64,000 bases of DNA from an uncultured virus (IMG/VR IMGVR_UViG_3300031555_002006) (IMGVR_UViG_3300031555_002006), one strand, 5' to 3'; shown: positions 51,134-60,826, counted from the stretch's first letter. Notes: a model not told the origin generated them from the letters alone. Translations and numbers: made by a program.

Positions 51134-51770
51134 TGCCGCCCGGTTCACAGCCCTCAAGGCTCGTGTCCAAGCTGAATGCCTGCGCCGCAAATATAACGGA
51201 TCTGTGGTCGATTATGGCGGCGTGGATTACTATTTCAAAAACCAGCCTGCCCCCGATACGATTGCAGCAGAGGAACATTTCGAGAAAATCGCCGTCCCCT
51301 TAAACGCTATCAACTCCGACAAAATCCCGTACACCGATGGAGATCGCATCATTTCTGACGAAGAAATGACCGCCATGGAAGCGGCTGTGACCCTCTTCGA
51401 AACGAGGGCAATGACCGACCGGACACAGGGTGATTGCAAGACCAGCTGCACGGGTGCCTGTTATACAGGATGCGCAGGATCTTGTACTGGCGGCTGCGGT
51501 TCCAGCTGCTCCGGCACCTGTACCGGCGGATGCGATGGGTGTTCTGGTTGCTCCGGCTCTTGCCGTGGCGGTTGCCGTGGTTGCGGCTCCGGCTGCGCCT
51601 CCGGCTGTTCCGGGACCTGTTCTGGCACATGTAAGGGTGATTGCACGATGACTTGCGGTTATGCCGGCTGTGTCGGTTCCTGCATGGGGCTGTGTTACAA
51701 CGGCTGCACGACCAGCTGCGGTTCCTCTTGCAGTACCTGCGGCAATACCTGTTCTGGAATTTCACTTTAA
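51120..51770 (+). CDS. Protein with C-terminal CxxxC-repeat tract (28 Cys), putative rSAM substrate
   Basis: CKTSCTGACYTGCAGSCTGGC...; overlaps the rSAM stop. Confidence 0.85.
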   Translation: MAMIDAARFTALKARVQAECLRRKYNGSVVDYGGVDYYFKNQPAPDTIAAEEHFEKIAVPLNAINSDKIPYTDGDRIISDEEMTAMEAAVTLFETRAMTDRTQGDCKTSCTGACYTGCAGSCTGGCGSSCSGTCTGGCDGCSGCSGSCRGGCRGCGSGCASGCSGTCSGTCKGDCTMTCGYAGCVGSCMGLCYNGCTTSCGSSCSTCGNTCSGISL

Positions 51771-51782
51771 GGAGGCTATGTA

Positions 51783-52331
51783 ATGGAAATCACAAGCGCA
51801 TACGAAATTGCAGTAGCAAACCTCGCTGTCGCACTGAGCGAGGATGCGGTGTCCACCGAACAGCGGGCGGAGATCGCAACAGCGGTGGGCGGCGACGTCG
51901 ACCGCCTTATTGATGTGGTCAATATCTTCATTGTCCACAACAATTCCAAGATGTACGAGGGGAAAATCACCGCTGCCAAAGCGAAGAGCACCGTGAAAGC
52001 GGAATATAACGCTATTGGCCTTGGCGAAGTTGTGAAATATTACTTCCTCGAGAAACCCATCGAGGTCTTCTATGACCGCGACATTTTCTCCAAGAGCGCA
52101 CCGACCGAAAAAGTGGAACGCATCAAGGAGATTTTCAAGCGCAACCTGTCCTGTCCCAATGACCGCATCCGGGTCGGCGTGGACAGCTACGCGCTGCGCC
52201 TGCTCTATCATTTTGGCCTGATTGCAGAGGATCTTGAGTTCACCAAGAAGCTCATGATCCAGATCAACAGCTACAGCACCGATCATAAGGAGGCTGCGAT
52301 CCTGCCGCCTGCAATCGTTACCGAACTGTAA
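51783..52331 (+). CDS. Hypothetical protein of the rSAM cassette
   Basis: RBS aaggagg; lies between the Cys-rich gene and the giant protein. Confidence 0.7.
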   Translation: MEITSAYEIAVANLAVALSEDAVSTEQRAEIATAVGGDVDRLIDVVNIFIVHNNSKMYEGKITAAKAKSTVKAEYNAIGLGEVVKYYFLEKPIEVFYDRDIFSKSAPTEKVERIKEIFKRNLSCPNDRIRVGVDSYALRLLYHFGLIAEDLEFTKKLMIQINSYSTDHKEAAILPPAIVTEL

Positions 52332-52341
52332 GGAGGATACT

Positions 52342-55300
52342 ATGAGCGACGAAAACAAAGGCATTATTCCTCTTAATGAGAAGCCGGTGTCTGCTTCGGC
52401 GGCACTGGCAGATTTTTTTGTAACCGTCATCGGTGGCAAGGTTCGCCTTGCCACCGTAAAAACCATTGCCGACTGCCTTACCGATGCACAGATCAAGTCC
52501 ATCGAGGAAGCGGCGAAAGAACTGACGGCCATCCTCACAAAGGACGCACAGGATGCCGCGGATAGAGCCGAGGCTGTGGCAACGCGCCTGGAAACCTTCC
52601 TCGGAAGTATCCCTGTGGATGTAAAATACGACCCGCTGACCTATCTGCTGACCCTGATGAACGAAAACTCTTTGCCCATTGGTCAGGGTACGACCATCAA
52701 GGCAGGTATCTCCGACATCCAGATGGTGGTTGAGAAAAACGAAGAGACTGGCACCAACGATCTCGTGCTCTACGATGGAGACGGCGAGGTTGTGAGCCGC
52801 ACCCCTCTGCCTGCCGGCGGCGGTGGCGGCGGTGGTGGAGCGTCCTCCTATTCTATCTCCATCAAGAACCTTATGGACTCTCGTACGGTCAGCGCACCCG
52901 CTGGCGCCGCTATTCCGCTGACATTCCTCTACACCTCCGTGGACGAAGATGGCTATGATGACGGAAAGGGTGTTGGCACCATCTGGGTTAACGGCGTTAA
53001 AAAGGGCGCGGTTGACATTGTGCAGGGCGAAAACACGGTTTATGTGGAGTCCTACATCGGCAGCGGTGCCAATGCCGTCAAAATCACCGTGGAGAACTCT
53101 GAAGGAAGCAGCAGAAGCCTTTCCTATACCGTCAATATCGTGGCACTGAGCGTCACTACCACGCTGGATGCGTACAACGAGTGCAGAGGCGACACGATTT
53201 TCTACTACACTCCTATCGGCACCGGCGTAAAGACCATTCATTTCTTGATGGATGGCAAGGAGCTCGGTACCGCAGAGGTTTCCACCAGCGGCCGCAGCCA
53301 GAGCTACACCATCCCCGCACAGGAGCACGGCGCACACATCTTCAAGTGCTACGCCGAAATGACCGTATCCGGCGTTACCGTTACGAGTGACCCGATTATT
53401 CTTGGCATGGCTTGGATCGACTCTGAAAAATCCACGCCTATGGTAGTCTCTACGTTTGACGTCAAGGAGGCTACACAGGGCGAAGCTCTGACGATCTCCT
53501 ACTTGGCATACGACCCGGCAACAGAGGAGACCACCGTTACCCGCAGCATCATCGATGCGGACGGAAATATCGTTGAGTCGAAGGCTGTATCCGCTGACCG
53601 CACAGAGCAGAAATGGGTTGTGCAGGATTATCCTGCCGGAGCAATCAAGTTCCGCGTTGCCATCGGCGCCATCGGCGTAGACCTCCCTGTGAACGTCAAG
53701 GAGAACTCCATCGTTATCGAGCCCATCACCGACAGTTTGGTGCTCGATTTTGACCCCATCGGCCGCAGCAACAAGGAGGACAACCCCGAGAATTGGACCA
53801 GCGGCGAAGTTTCCGCTACCTTCTCCGGCGTAGGTTTCTCCGATGCCGACGGCTGGCTGACGGATGCCGATGGTGCAGCTATGTTCCGCCTGCTCCCCGG
53901 AGGTCAGATGACCATTCCGTTCCATCTGTTTGCCACCGACTGCAGAGATACTGGCGCGACCGTCGAGGTCGAAATGGCAACGCACAATGTCCGCGACTAC
54001 GACAGCGTGGTTATGTCCTGCTTGTCCGGGAACCGCGGCTTTATGATCGCAAGCCAGTATGCCGAACTCCACAGCGAGCAGAGCAGCATTTCCAAGCAGT
54101 TCAAAGAGGATAAGAAGGTTCGCGTCTCCTTCGTGGTCGAACCCCGTAACCTCCACCGCATGATTTATGTGTATGTGGACAGCGTCATGTGCGGTGCTAT
54201 CCAGTACCCTGCAGATGACAACTTTGCACAGTCTCCGGCCACCGGCATCACCATCGGCGCCGAGTCGAGCGGCATTGATGTCTACCACATTCGTCTGTAC
54301 AGGAAGGGCCTGACTCGCTTCGAGATCCTCGATAACTTTGCAGCAGATCGCCCCACTCTGAAGGAGCGCATCGATGCGCATAAGCGCAATGATATTTTCA
54401 ACGAGTCCGAAGAGGTCGTTATCACGAAGCTGCCTGTCACTCTCCCGTACATGATTATCTCCTGTCCCGAGCTGCCGCAGTCCAAGGGCGATAAGAAGAC
54501 GTGCGAGATCACTTATGTTGACCCGGCCAATCCTGCAAAGAGCTTTACGGCTTCTGGTGTCACCATCGATGTTCAGGGTACGTCTTCTGCCGGCTACAAG
54601 AAGAAGAACTGGAAGATCACCTACAAGAATGGCCTGACGCTCACGGCCAGCGGAGAGCAGGTCTCCGAATACCAGCTGCGCAGCACATCCGTCCCGGCGT
54701 CCTGTTTCTGCATGAAAGCAGACGTCGCATCGAGCGAAGGCGCCAACAATGTCGAGCTGGTTCGCTTGTATAACGACACCGTTCCTCACAAGACTCCTCC
54801 CCAGGAAGAGAATGCCAACGTCCGTGTCGGCATCGACGGCCTGCCCTGCGTCATTTTCTGGCAGAACAGCAGCACCGGCGAACTTCGGTTCTGGGGTAAG
54901 TACAACTTCAACGACGAGAAGTCCTCCACCCAAGTCTACGGCTTAACCGAAGGCTGTGAGAGCTGGGAGATCAAGAACAACACCTCCAACCGTGTCATCT
55001 TCAAGAGTGCTGACTTCTCCGGAAGCGGCTGGCTCAATGACTTCGAAGCTCGTTATCCTGACGGCAATGAAGATCCTTCCAAGCTGAAAGTCATGTGTGA
55101 GTGGGTTGTTTCCACTGATCGCGCAGCCGCTACCGGTAATTCTTTGGGCAAGACTGTTACCTATGGCGGTGTAAGTTACACCAACGATACCGCAGAATAT
55201 CGCCTTGCCAAGTTCAAGGCTGAGTTCGAGGAACACTTCGTCAAGGTCCCCATGCTCTATTACTATCTGTTCACCGAGACCTTCCTGATGGTCGATAACA

Positions 55301-58300
55301 GAGCGAAGAACTTCTTCCCCAGCACCTTTGATGGTGTCCACTGGCTGCCCCTGCCTTACGACATGGATACTGCCATGGGTATCAACAACGAAGGCCAGCT
55401 GGTCTTCGAGTACGACCTTGAGGATACCGACACAGTCGGCGGCGCAGACGTTTTCAATGGCCAGAGCTCCGTACTTTGGTGCAACATCCGCGACGCTTTC
55501 CCCGATGAACTCAAGGCTCTGTATGGCGAGCTCCGTGGTGGCTCCATGTTCAACTACTCCGAGGTCGTTAATCGCTGGGCCAGCCATCAGGCCACATGGC
55601 CCGAGGCGATCTGGAACGAGGATGCGTGGGAGAAGTACCTTGAGCCGTTGGAGAATGACAACGACAGCGGCTATCTGGCTATGCTGCAGGGCGACAAAAA
55701 GAGCCAGCGCGAGTGGTGGGTCTTCAACGGCTTCCGCTACCGCGACTCCAAGTACGAGTGCGGCGATGCCGAGGCAAGCTATATCACGCTCCGCTGCTAT
55801 GCGGTCGGTGATATTACCATCACCCCGTACAGTCATATTTGGAGCCGCATTAAGTTCGGTTCCTACACCGTCAAGGCTCGCAGCAAGCGCAACCAGGCGG
55901 TCACCCTCAAGTGCCCTCTGGACGAGATGAATGATACCGAAACCTATATCTACTCTTCTGACAGACTTGCCAAGATCGGAGATCTGAGCCATCTTCACGT
56001 CGGCTATGCGAACTTCGTCATGGCTCCCAAGCTGCAGGTGCTCAAGCTGGGCGACGGTGCCGCTGATTATCAGAATACCCGCCTGAATGAGCTGTATGTC
56101 GGCAACAACGATCTGCTCGATGAACTGGATGTCCGTAACTGTGTCAATCTGAAAATGCCCGTAGATCTGACGGGATGCGTCGGCATTGAGACCATCCGCG
56201 CTACCGGCACGGCAATCGACTCCGTCAAACTCCCGGTTGGCGGCAAGCTGAAAACGCTGGAACTCCCTGGCACCGTAACGAACCTGACTATTCGCGATCA
56301 CGCACAGTTGTCCTCCTTCACCATGGAGGGCTACGGCGAGATCCAGACTCTGCGCATCGAGAACACCCCCAACATCCCCTGGGAGGCTCTTATTAACGGC
56401 GCAGAAAAACTCAACCGTGTCCGCATCATCGGAGCGGAGTGGACGGCCAGCAGCGCCGAAGCATTGCAGGAAACCTACGACCGTCTGAGCGCGGCCGCTG
56501 GTATGAATGCTGCCGGCGACAATACCGACAAGGCTGTCGTTACCGGCCGAGTTGTGCTGAAGAGCGACATCGATGCAGATCTTCTGGCAGCTTTCACCGA
56601 AAACTTCCCCGACCTTCTGATCGTCGCCAACGGTATCGCAAACTGCACCGTCCGTTTCCGTAACTGGGATGGCACCGTGCTTCATACCACCACCGTTGCT
56701 TACGGCTCCGACGTCGCAGATCCTGTGGCAAACGGCACCATCGACGCTCCTGTTCGCGCTGCATCTGACCGCGTGGTCTATGTCTTCAAGGGCTGGGATC
56801 GCGATCTGACGAACATCACGAACAACGCCGTCTTTACTGCGGTGTTCGAGGAGCAGTACGCATGGATTGTCACCTTCTGCAACTGGGACGGCTCCGAGCT
56901 GTGCAAGGTTTCCGTCCAGAATGGCGGCGCCGCGGCAGATCCTATCGAGTCTGGCCTTATCAGTACACCCGCCCGACCGGGCGACGCCGATTACGCCTAT
57001 ACCTTCCTTGGTTGGGACAAGTCCATCTACAATGTCACCGAGGACCGCACGATCACTGCCCGGTACTCCACCGAGGCATCCGTGGCCGTCAGCTTCGTTG
57101 ACTGGGATGGCACTGTGCTGTACACCGCCTATTGCGCGGCCGGCAGCAGCATTGCCGACCCGATCCTGGCTGGTCACATCACGGCGCCCGTTAGAGCCAC
57201 CGACGAAAGCGCTCAGAAAGAGTATACCTTTACCGGATGGGATAAGGAACTGTCCAATATCACTGAGGCCACTACAGTCACGGCGACCTATTCCTCCAAG
57301 AGCTACTACACAGCGACCTTCCAGAACCCTGATGGCACCGTGCTGTTTGTTCGCAGACTCTACGCCGGCAACGCCGTCAAGGACCCCGTTGCCACCGGCG
57401 AGATCGAGACTCCTACGCAGGAGCCTACCGAGACCTATGGTTATATCTACAAAGGCTGGGACAAGACGCTCACGTCCAGTATTTCCGCCAACGTGGTCTA
57501 TACGGCAACATACAAGACCGACCAGCAGTTTACCGTCACCTTCGTGGATTACGACGGCACTGTGCTTGATACGCAGCTCGTCTATGACGAGGATGGCGCT
57601 GTTGACCCCGTTACCTCTGGACGTATCGCAACGCCTGTTCGCGCTTCCACCGCTCAGTATGAGTATAAGTGGACCGGCTGGTCTGGCACCTTCACTAACA
57701 TTACGGCAGATAAGACCATCACTGCGACCTACAGCACCACAACCCGCACTTATACCGTCACCTTCTGGAATGGTTCTACCCTCGTGCAGACTGTGGCAAA
57801 CGTGGCTTATGGCGGCAGTGCTACCTACACGGGAGATCCTGTTTCCAAGCCCGATGTTGATGATCCTGACAGTTACGTGCATGTCGGTTGGACACCCTCG
57901 CCGACCAGCATCACCGGCGATACAGCCTGCTACGCTGTCTACGTCGCCCTCCCCGAAGGCTTCAGCGATGCCTATGGTGTTCTTTGGGCTTACGGTCAGT
58001 CGAGCACAGCTCTTGGCCGCCTGGGTCTGGCAAAAACCTTTGTCAATCCCATTCCCGCAACCAGCCTGACCGACGAGGGCAGCAGCCCCTTCGACGATGT
58101 CATGCCTTGGGCCGGTATGAAGAAGTACAACATCATCGATGGTGCCATTGCGTACTCTGAGGATGACGAGGGCTTCTCCATGACCGATTACGATACGGTG
58201 GTCTACATCCCCGAGTTCTGGTTCAAGGCGGCGAAGGATACCAGCGCCGAAACATGGGTTTGGGCGATCTCGCCCACCGAGAAGGAAGGCTTCACGAAGC

Positions 58301-59016
58301 ATCCCGGCAGTGGTCGCTATATCGGCCGTTATCATACCTCTGGCGACAGCTCGGCAGTATTCTCTAAATCCGGTGTAGCCCCGCTGGTCAACACCAGCCG
58401 TACCAATTTCCGCACCTACAGCCACAACAAGGGTGATAAGTGGTGGATGCTTGACATTGCCACTTGGAGCGCCTTGCAGATGCTGTACCTGATTGAGTTC
58501 GCAGACTTCCACTCTCAGAACACATTGGGTAAAGGCTATGGCTCCAGTTCTCAGGTCAGCGGCGCAAGTGACGGTGCTGTATACCACACCGTCAACGGCG
58601 GCAACACTTACAACCAGTACCGTTGGGTCGAACAGCCCTTCGGCCGTGTTATGGACTGGGTCGATGGCTTTATGGCATCTTCCCGAAAGTGCTACCTGGG
58701 CACCGACAATGCTACCTTTGCGGACAGTACCTCGGCGCTTACCGCAGCCGGCGTAACTCTGCCTTCCTCCAACTACATCACCGGCTTCGGATACAGCGAG
58801 GAGTTCCCCTGGGCATTCCTGCCTGATGAAGCTTCTGGCGGTAGCGCTTCCACGTTCGTTCCCGACTATGTGTACTCGTTCTCTGGCATCAATGCGCTGT
58901 ATGTCGGCGGCAACTATTACAGCCTCGACCTCTACGGCTTCTGGTACTTCTATGCGAACAACTCTGCGACCAACACGTACGGCAGCCTCGGCTCCCGACT
59001 CCTTTATATCCCCTAA
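52342..59016 (+). CDS. 2224-aa multidomain tail/adhesin protein, DGR target
   Basis: Beta-rich and LamG-like N-terminus, CotH-like region, LRR-like region, six F..DG.VL...GW repeats, C-terminal CLec-like end (YVGG...LGSRL) containing the VR. Confidence 0.85.
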   Translation: MSDENKGIIPLNEKPVSASAALADFFVTVIGGKVRLATVKTIADCLTDAQIKSIEEAAKELTAILTKDAQDAADRAEAVATRLETFLGSIPVDVKYDPLTYLLTLMNENSLPIGQGTTIKAGISDIQMVVEKNEETGTNDLVLYDGDGEVVSRTPLPAGGGGGGGGASSYSISIKNLMDSRTVSAPAGAAIPLTFLYTSVDEDGYDDGKGVGTIWVNGVKKGAVDIVQGENTVYVESYIGSGANAVKITVENSEGSSRSLSYTVNIVALSVTTTLDAYNECRGDTIFYYTPIGTGVKTIHFLMDGKELGTAEVSTSGRSQSYTIPAQEHGAHIFKCYAEMTVSGVTVTSDPIILGMAWIDSEKSTPMVVSTFDVKEATQGEALTISYLAYDPATEETTVTRSIIDADGNIVESKAVSADRTEQKWVVQDYPAGAIKFRVAIGAIGVDLPVNVKENSIVIEPITDSLVLDFDPIGRSNKEDNPENWTSGEVSATFSGVGFSDADGWLTDADGAAMFRLLPGGQMTIPFHLFATDCRDTGATVEVEMATHNVRDYDSVVMSCLSGNRGFMIASQYAELHSEQSSISKQFKEDKKVRVSFVVEPRNLHRMIYVYVDSVMCGAIQYPADDNFAQSPATGITIGAESSGIDVYHIRLYRKGLTRFEILDNFAADRPTLKERIDAHKRNDIFNESEEVVITKLPVTLPYMIISCPELPQSKGDKKTCEITYVDPANPAKSFTASGVTIDVQGTSSAGYKKKNWKITYKNGLTLTASGEQVSEYQLRSTSVPASCFCMKADVASSEGANNVELVRLYNDTVPHKTPPQEENANVRVGIDGLPCVIFWQNSSTGELRFWGKYNFNDEKSSTQVYGLTEGCESWEIKNNTSNRVIFKSADFSGSGWLNDFEARYPDGNEDPSKLKVMCEWVVSTDRAAATGNSLGKTVTYGGVSYTNDTAEYRLAKFKAEFEEHFVKVPMLYYYLFTETFLMVDNRAKNFFPSTFDGVHWLPLPYDMDTAMGINNEGQLVFEYDLEDTDTVGGADVFNGQSSVLWCNIRDAFPDELKALYGELRGGSMFNYSEVVNRWASHQATWPEAIWNEDAWEKYLEPLENDNDSGYLAMLQGDKKSQREWWVFNGFRYRDSKYECGDAEASYITLRCYAVGDITITPYSHIWSRIKFGSYTVKARSKRNQAVTLKCPLDEMNDTETYIYSSDRLAKIGDLSHLHVGYANFVMAPKLQVLKLGDGAADYQNTRLNELYVGNNDLLDELDVRNCVNLKMPVDLTGCVGIETIRATGTAIDSVKLPVGGKLKTLELPGTVTNLTIRDHAQLSSFTMEGYGEIQTLRIENTPNIPWEALINGAEKLNRVRIIGAEWTASSAEALQETYDRLSAAAGMNAAGDNTDKAVVTGRVVLKSDIDADLLAAFTENFPDLLIVANGIANCTVRFRNWDGTVLHTTTVAYGSDVADPVANGTIDAPVRAASDRVVYVFKGWDRDLTNITNNAVFTAVFEEQYAWIVTFCNWDGSELCKVSVQNGGAAADPIESGLISTPARPGDADYAYTFLGWDKSIYNVTEDRTITARYSTEASVAVSFVDWDGTVLYTAYCAAGSSIADPILAGHITAPVRATDESAQKEYTFTGWDKELSNITEATTVTATYSSKSYYTATFQNPDGTVLFVRRLYAGNAVKDPVATGEIETPTQEPTETYGYIYKGWDKTLTSSISANVVYTATYKTDQQFTVTFVDYDGTVLDTQLVYDEDGAVDPVTSGRIATPVRASTAQYEYKWTGWSGTFTNITADKTITATYSTTTRTYTVTFWNGSTLVQTVANVAYGGSATYTGDPVSKPDVDDPDSYVHVGWTPSPTSITGDTACYAVYVALPEGFSDAYGVLWAYGQSSTALGRLGLAKTFVNPIPATSLTDEGSSPFDDVMPWAGMKKYNIIDGAIAYSEDDEGFSMTDYDTVVYIPEFWFKAAKDTSAETWVWAISPTEKEGFTKHPGSGRYIGRYHTSGDSSAVFSKSGVAPLVNTSRTNFRTYSHNKGDKWWMLDIATWSALQMLYLIEFADFHSQNTLGKGYGSSSQVSGASDGAVYHTVNGGNTYNQYRWVEQPFGRVMDWVDGFMASSRKCYLGTDNATFADSTSALTAAGVTLPSSNYITGFGYSEEFPWAFLPDEASGGSASTFVPDYVYSFSGINALYVGGNYYSLDLYGFWYFYANNSATNTYGSLGSRLLYIP
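58869..59004 (+). repeat. DGR variable repeat (VR)
   Basis: 136-bp match to the TR with 13 mismatches, 12 of them at TR adenines. Confidence 0.95.
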
Positions 59017-59023
59017 TGGGGGT

Positions 59024-59113
59024 CCGGGGGTCGCAACCCCCGGGGCTTCCGTCATAAACCGCCCCGCATCCCAACGGGAAAAATCTATAACGGGGTGCGG
59101 GGCGAAGCCCCGC
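59024..59113 (+). other. GC-rich hairpins downstream of the VR (putative DGR target-recognition element)
   Basis: ccgggggt-cgca-acccccgg at 59024-59043; gcggggc-gaa-gccccgc at 59097-59113. Confidence 0.7.
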
Positions 59114-59235
59114 CGAATTTTTATATTTTTCACTATAACGTATTTCGTTATTTTCTCACAAAATACTGGCTACCTCGCCGGTTGGGGCTATAATCTCTCC
59201 GGGATTTCCTGCGCGTGCGAGCCGGGCCTGCGGCT

Positions 59236-59371
59236 TGTGAACTCGAACTCTGGCACCAATGCGCTGTATGTCGGCGGCAACTATAACAGCAACGACAACT
59301 ACGGCTTCTGGTACTTCAATGCGAACAACTCTGCGACCAACACGAACGGCAACCTCGGCTCCCGACACCTT
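59236..59371 (+). ncRNA. DGR template repeat (TR)
   Basis: Copy of the VR rich in AAC/AAT (13 AAY codons in the VR frame), upstream of the RT. Confidence 0.95.
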
Positions 59372-59487
59372 GTTTCTTCCCGACATTGTGCAGGAAAATC
59401 CACACCGCTTGGTGAAAATATTGCCGATAGGACAGGGCTTAGTAGGATCTCTCGAAAGGCTCTGAGGCAAACAAGGAGAGAAGTCCT

Positions 59488-60564
59488 ATGCCCAAGAAAG
59501 TCGGTCACCTCTACGAAAAGATGTGCGACCGGGACTTGATCCGCGCAGCCATCATCAAAGGCAGCAAAGGTAAAAAGCGTCGTTGGGACGTGAAGGCCGT
59601 TCTTGCCGATGTGGATGGTTATGTGGAAAAAGTCTATAACCTGTTATCCCAAGAGAAGTACGTGCCGACTCCGCCAAGAGAGAAGCAGATCTTCGACAAC
59701 AGCTGCCAAAAGCAGCGCATCATTAGCATCGTGCCGTATTACCCGGACGGCATCATTCATCAGCTTTGTGTTATGGCCATGCAGGAAGTGCTCATGCGCG
59801 GAATGTATCGGTGGAGCTGTGCTTCTATCCCGGGAAGGGGAAATAAGTGCGCCACCGATTATGTCCGGCGAGCATTGAAAAACGACCCCAAAGGCACAAA
59901 ATACTGCTTGAAGATGGATGTCCACCATTACTATCCGAGCATATCCCCACGGCGTCTGATTTGGGCGCTGGCTCGAAAGATCAAGGACAAGCGCTTCTTG
60001 AAGATCGTCTTCGAGATTGCGGCGTCAAATCCCTCCGGTGGCCTCGCCATCGGGTTTTACATCAATCAGTGGCTTGCGAATTACTATCTCGAGCCGCTGG
60101 ACAACTTCATCCTGACCCTGCCCGGAGTCAAATACTATGTGAGAAACATGGATGACATGGTTCTGCTTGGCCCCAACAAAAAGCAGCTCCACCGGGCGAG
60201 AAAGGAAATCGAGCGCTTCCTATGGCAGCACCTCGGCCTGCGGCTCAAGAGAAACTGGCAAGTGTTTCCCGTGGCTGTCCGAGGCATCGACTTTGTCGGC
60301 TTTCGCTTTTTCCGTACGCACACCACCATGCGGCGCCGCAACTTCCTGCGGTTCGCCCGGCAGTGCCGACGGGTCCAGCGCATGATAGATACCAACAGCA
60401 AGATCCCGTATCGAGAAGCGGCCGGACTGCTCGCAAGGGCGGGCCAGCTCAGACATTGTAATGCCCACAAGATACGGGTCGCGTACTTCGACCAAATCGG
60501 AGAAAAACGGCTGAAAAGGATCGTCCGCGCTGAGAGCAAGCGAAGGCTTGAGAATGCTGCGTAG
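59488..60564 (+). CDS. DGR reverse transcriptase
   Basis: YCLKMDVHHYYPSI, GLAIGFYINQWLANYYL, VRNMDD, GIDFVGF. Confidence 0.92.
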   Translation: MPKKVGHLYEKMCDRDLIRAAIIKGSKGKKRRWDVKAVLADVDGYVEKVYNLLSQEKYVPTPPREKQIFDNSCQKQRIISIVPYYPDGIIHQLCVMAMQEVLMRGMYRWSCASIPGRGNKCATDYVRRALKNDPKGTKYCLKMDVHHYYPSISPRRLIWALARKIKDKRFLKIVFEIAASNPSGGLAIGFYINQWLANYYLEPLDNFILTLPGVKYYVRNMDDMVLLGPNKKQLHRARKEIERFLWQHLGLRLKRNWQVFPVAVRGIDFVGFRFFRTHTTMRRRNFLRFARQCRRVQRMIDTNSKIPYREAAGLLARAGQLRHCNAHKIRVAYFDQIGEKRLKRIVRAESKRRLENAA

Positions 60565-60574
60565 GAGGATACCC

Positions 60575-60766
60575 ATGTCAAATCTGCAAATGATCGAGAC
60601 GCTATGCGTCCTGGTCGAACATCAGGCAAGCGTTATTCATCACCTGTCCGTTCAGCTGGCCGAGGCCCGGTGCCTTACGGAAGCCGAGCAGCAGATGATA
60701 GATGCCACCAAAAATGAATACTCGGCGTTTCTTGGCGCCGGGGAGTTCCTTGACAATCTTGAATAA
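60575..60766 (+). CDS. Small helical hypothetical protein after the RT
   Basis: RBS aggagg; 63 aa. Confidence 0.6.
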   Translation: MSNLQMIETLCVLVEHQASVIHHLSVQLAEARCLTEAEQQMIDATKNEYSAFLGAGEFLDNLE

Positions 60767-60774
60767 CCTACATG

Positions 60775-60804
60775 AAAGAGCAGCGCGAAAGCGCTGCTCT
60801 TTTT
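60775..60804 (+). terminator. Intrinsic terminator-like hairpin
   Basis: aaagagcagcgc-gaaa-gcgctgctcttttt. Confidence 0.75.
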
Positions 60805-60826
60805 CTATGCAGAAAGGAGCTTACCT

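Noticed and set aside
51430..51760. Repetitive tgc/tgt-rich DNA considered as a CRISPR or tandem array
   Set aside because: Explained by the CxxxC coding repeat; no repeat-spacer structure. No CRISPR array, tRNA or rRNA was recognised in the window.
52318..59133. Very long minus-strand ORFs (871 aa and 1396 aa)
   Set aside because: Antisense shadows of the codon-biased 2224-aa gene; no recognisable motifs. The same applies to 4916-6361, 6698-8362, 9026-10456 and 29932-32181.
58826..59539. 237-aa ORF spanning VR and TR, considered as avd or a second target
   Set aside because: It runs out of frame through the VR, then through hairpins and an AT-rich spacer into the TR; no Avd-like sequence or RBS
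59488..60564. RT as a group II intron, retron or Abi RT
   Set aside because: Short RT with no maturase/endonuclease domain, and the adjacent TR/VR pair with A-specific mismatches identifies it as a DGR RT
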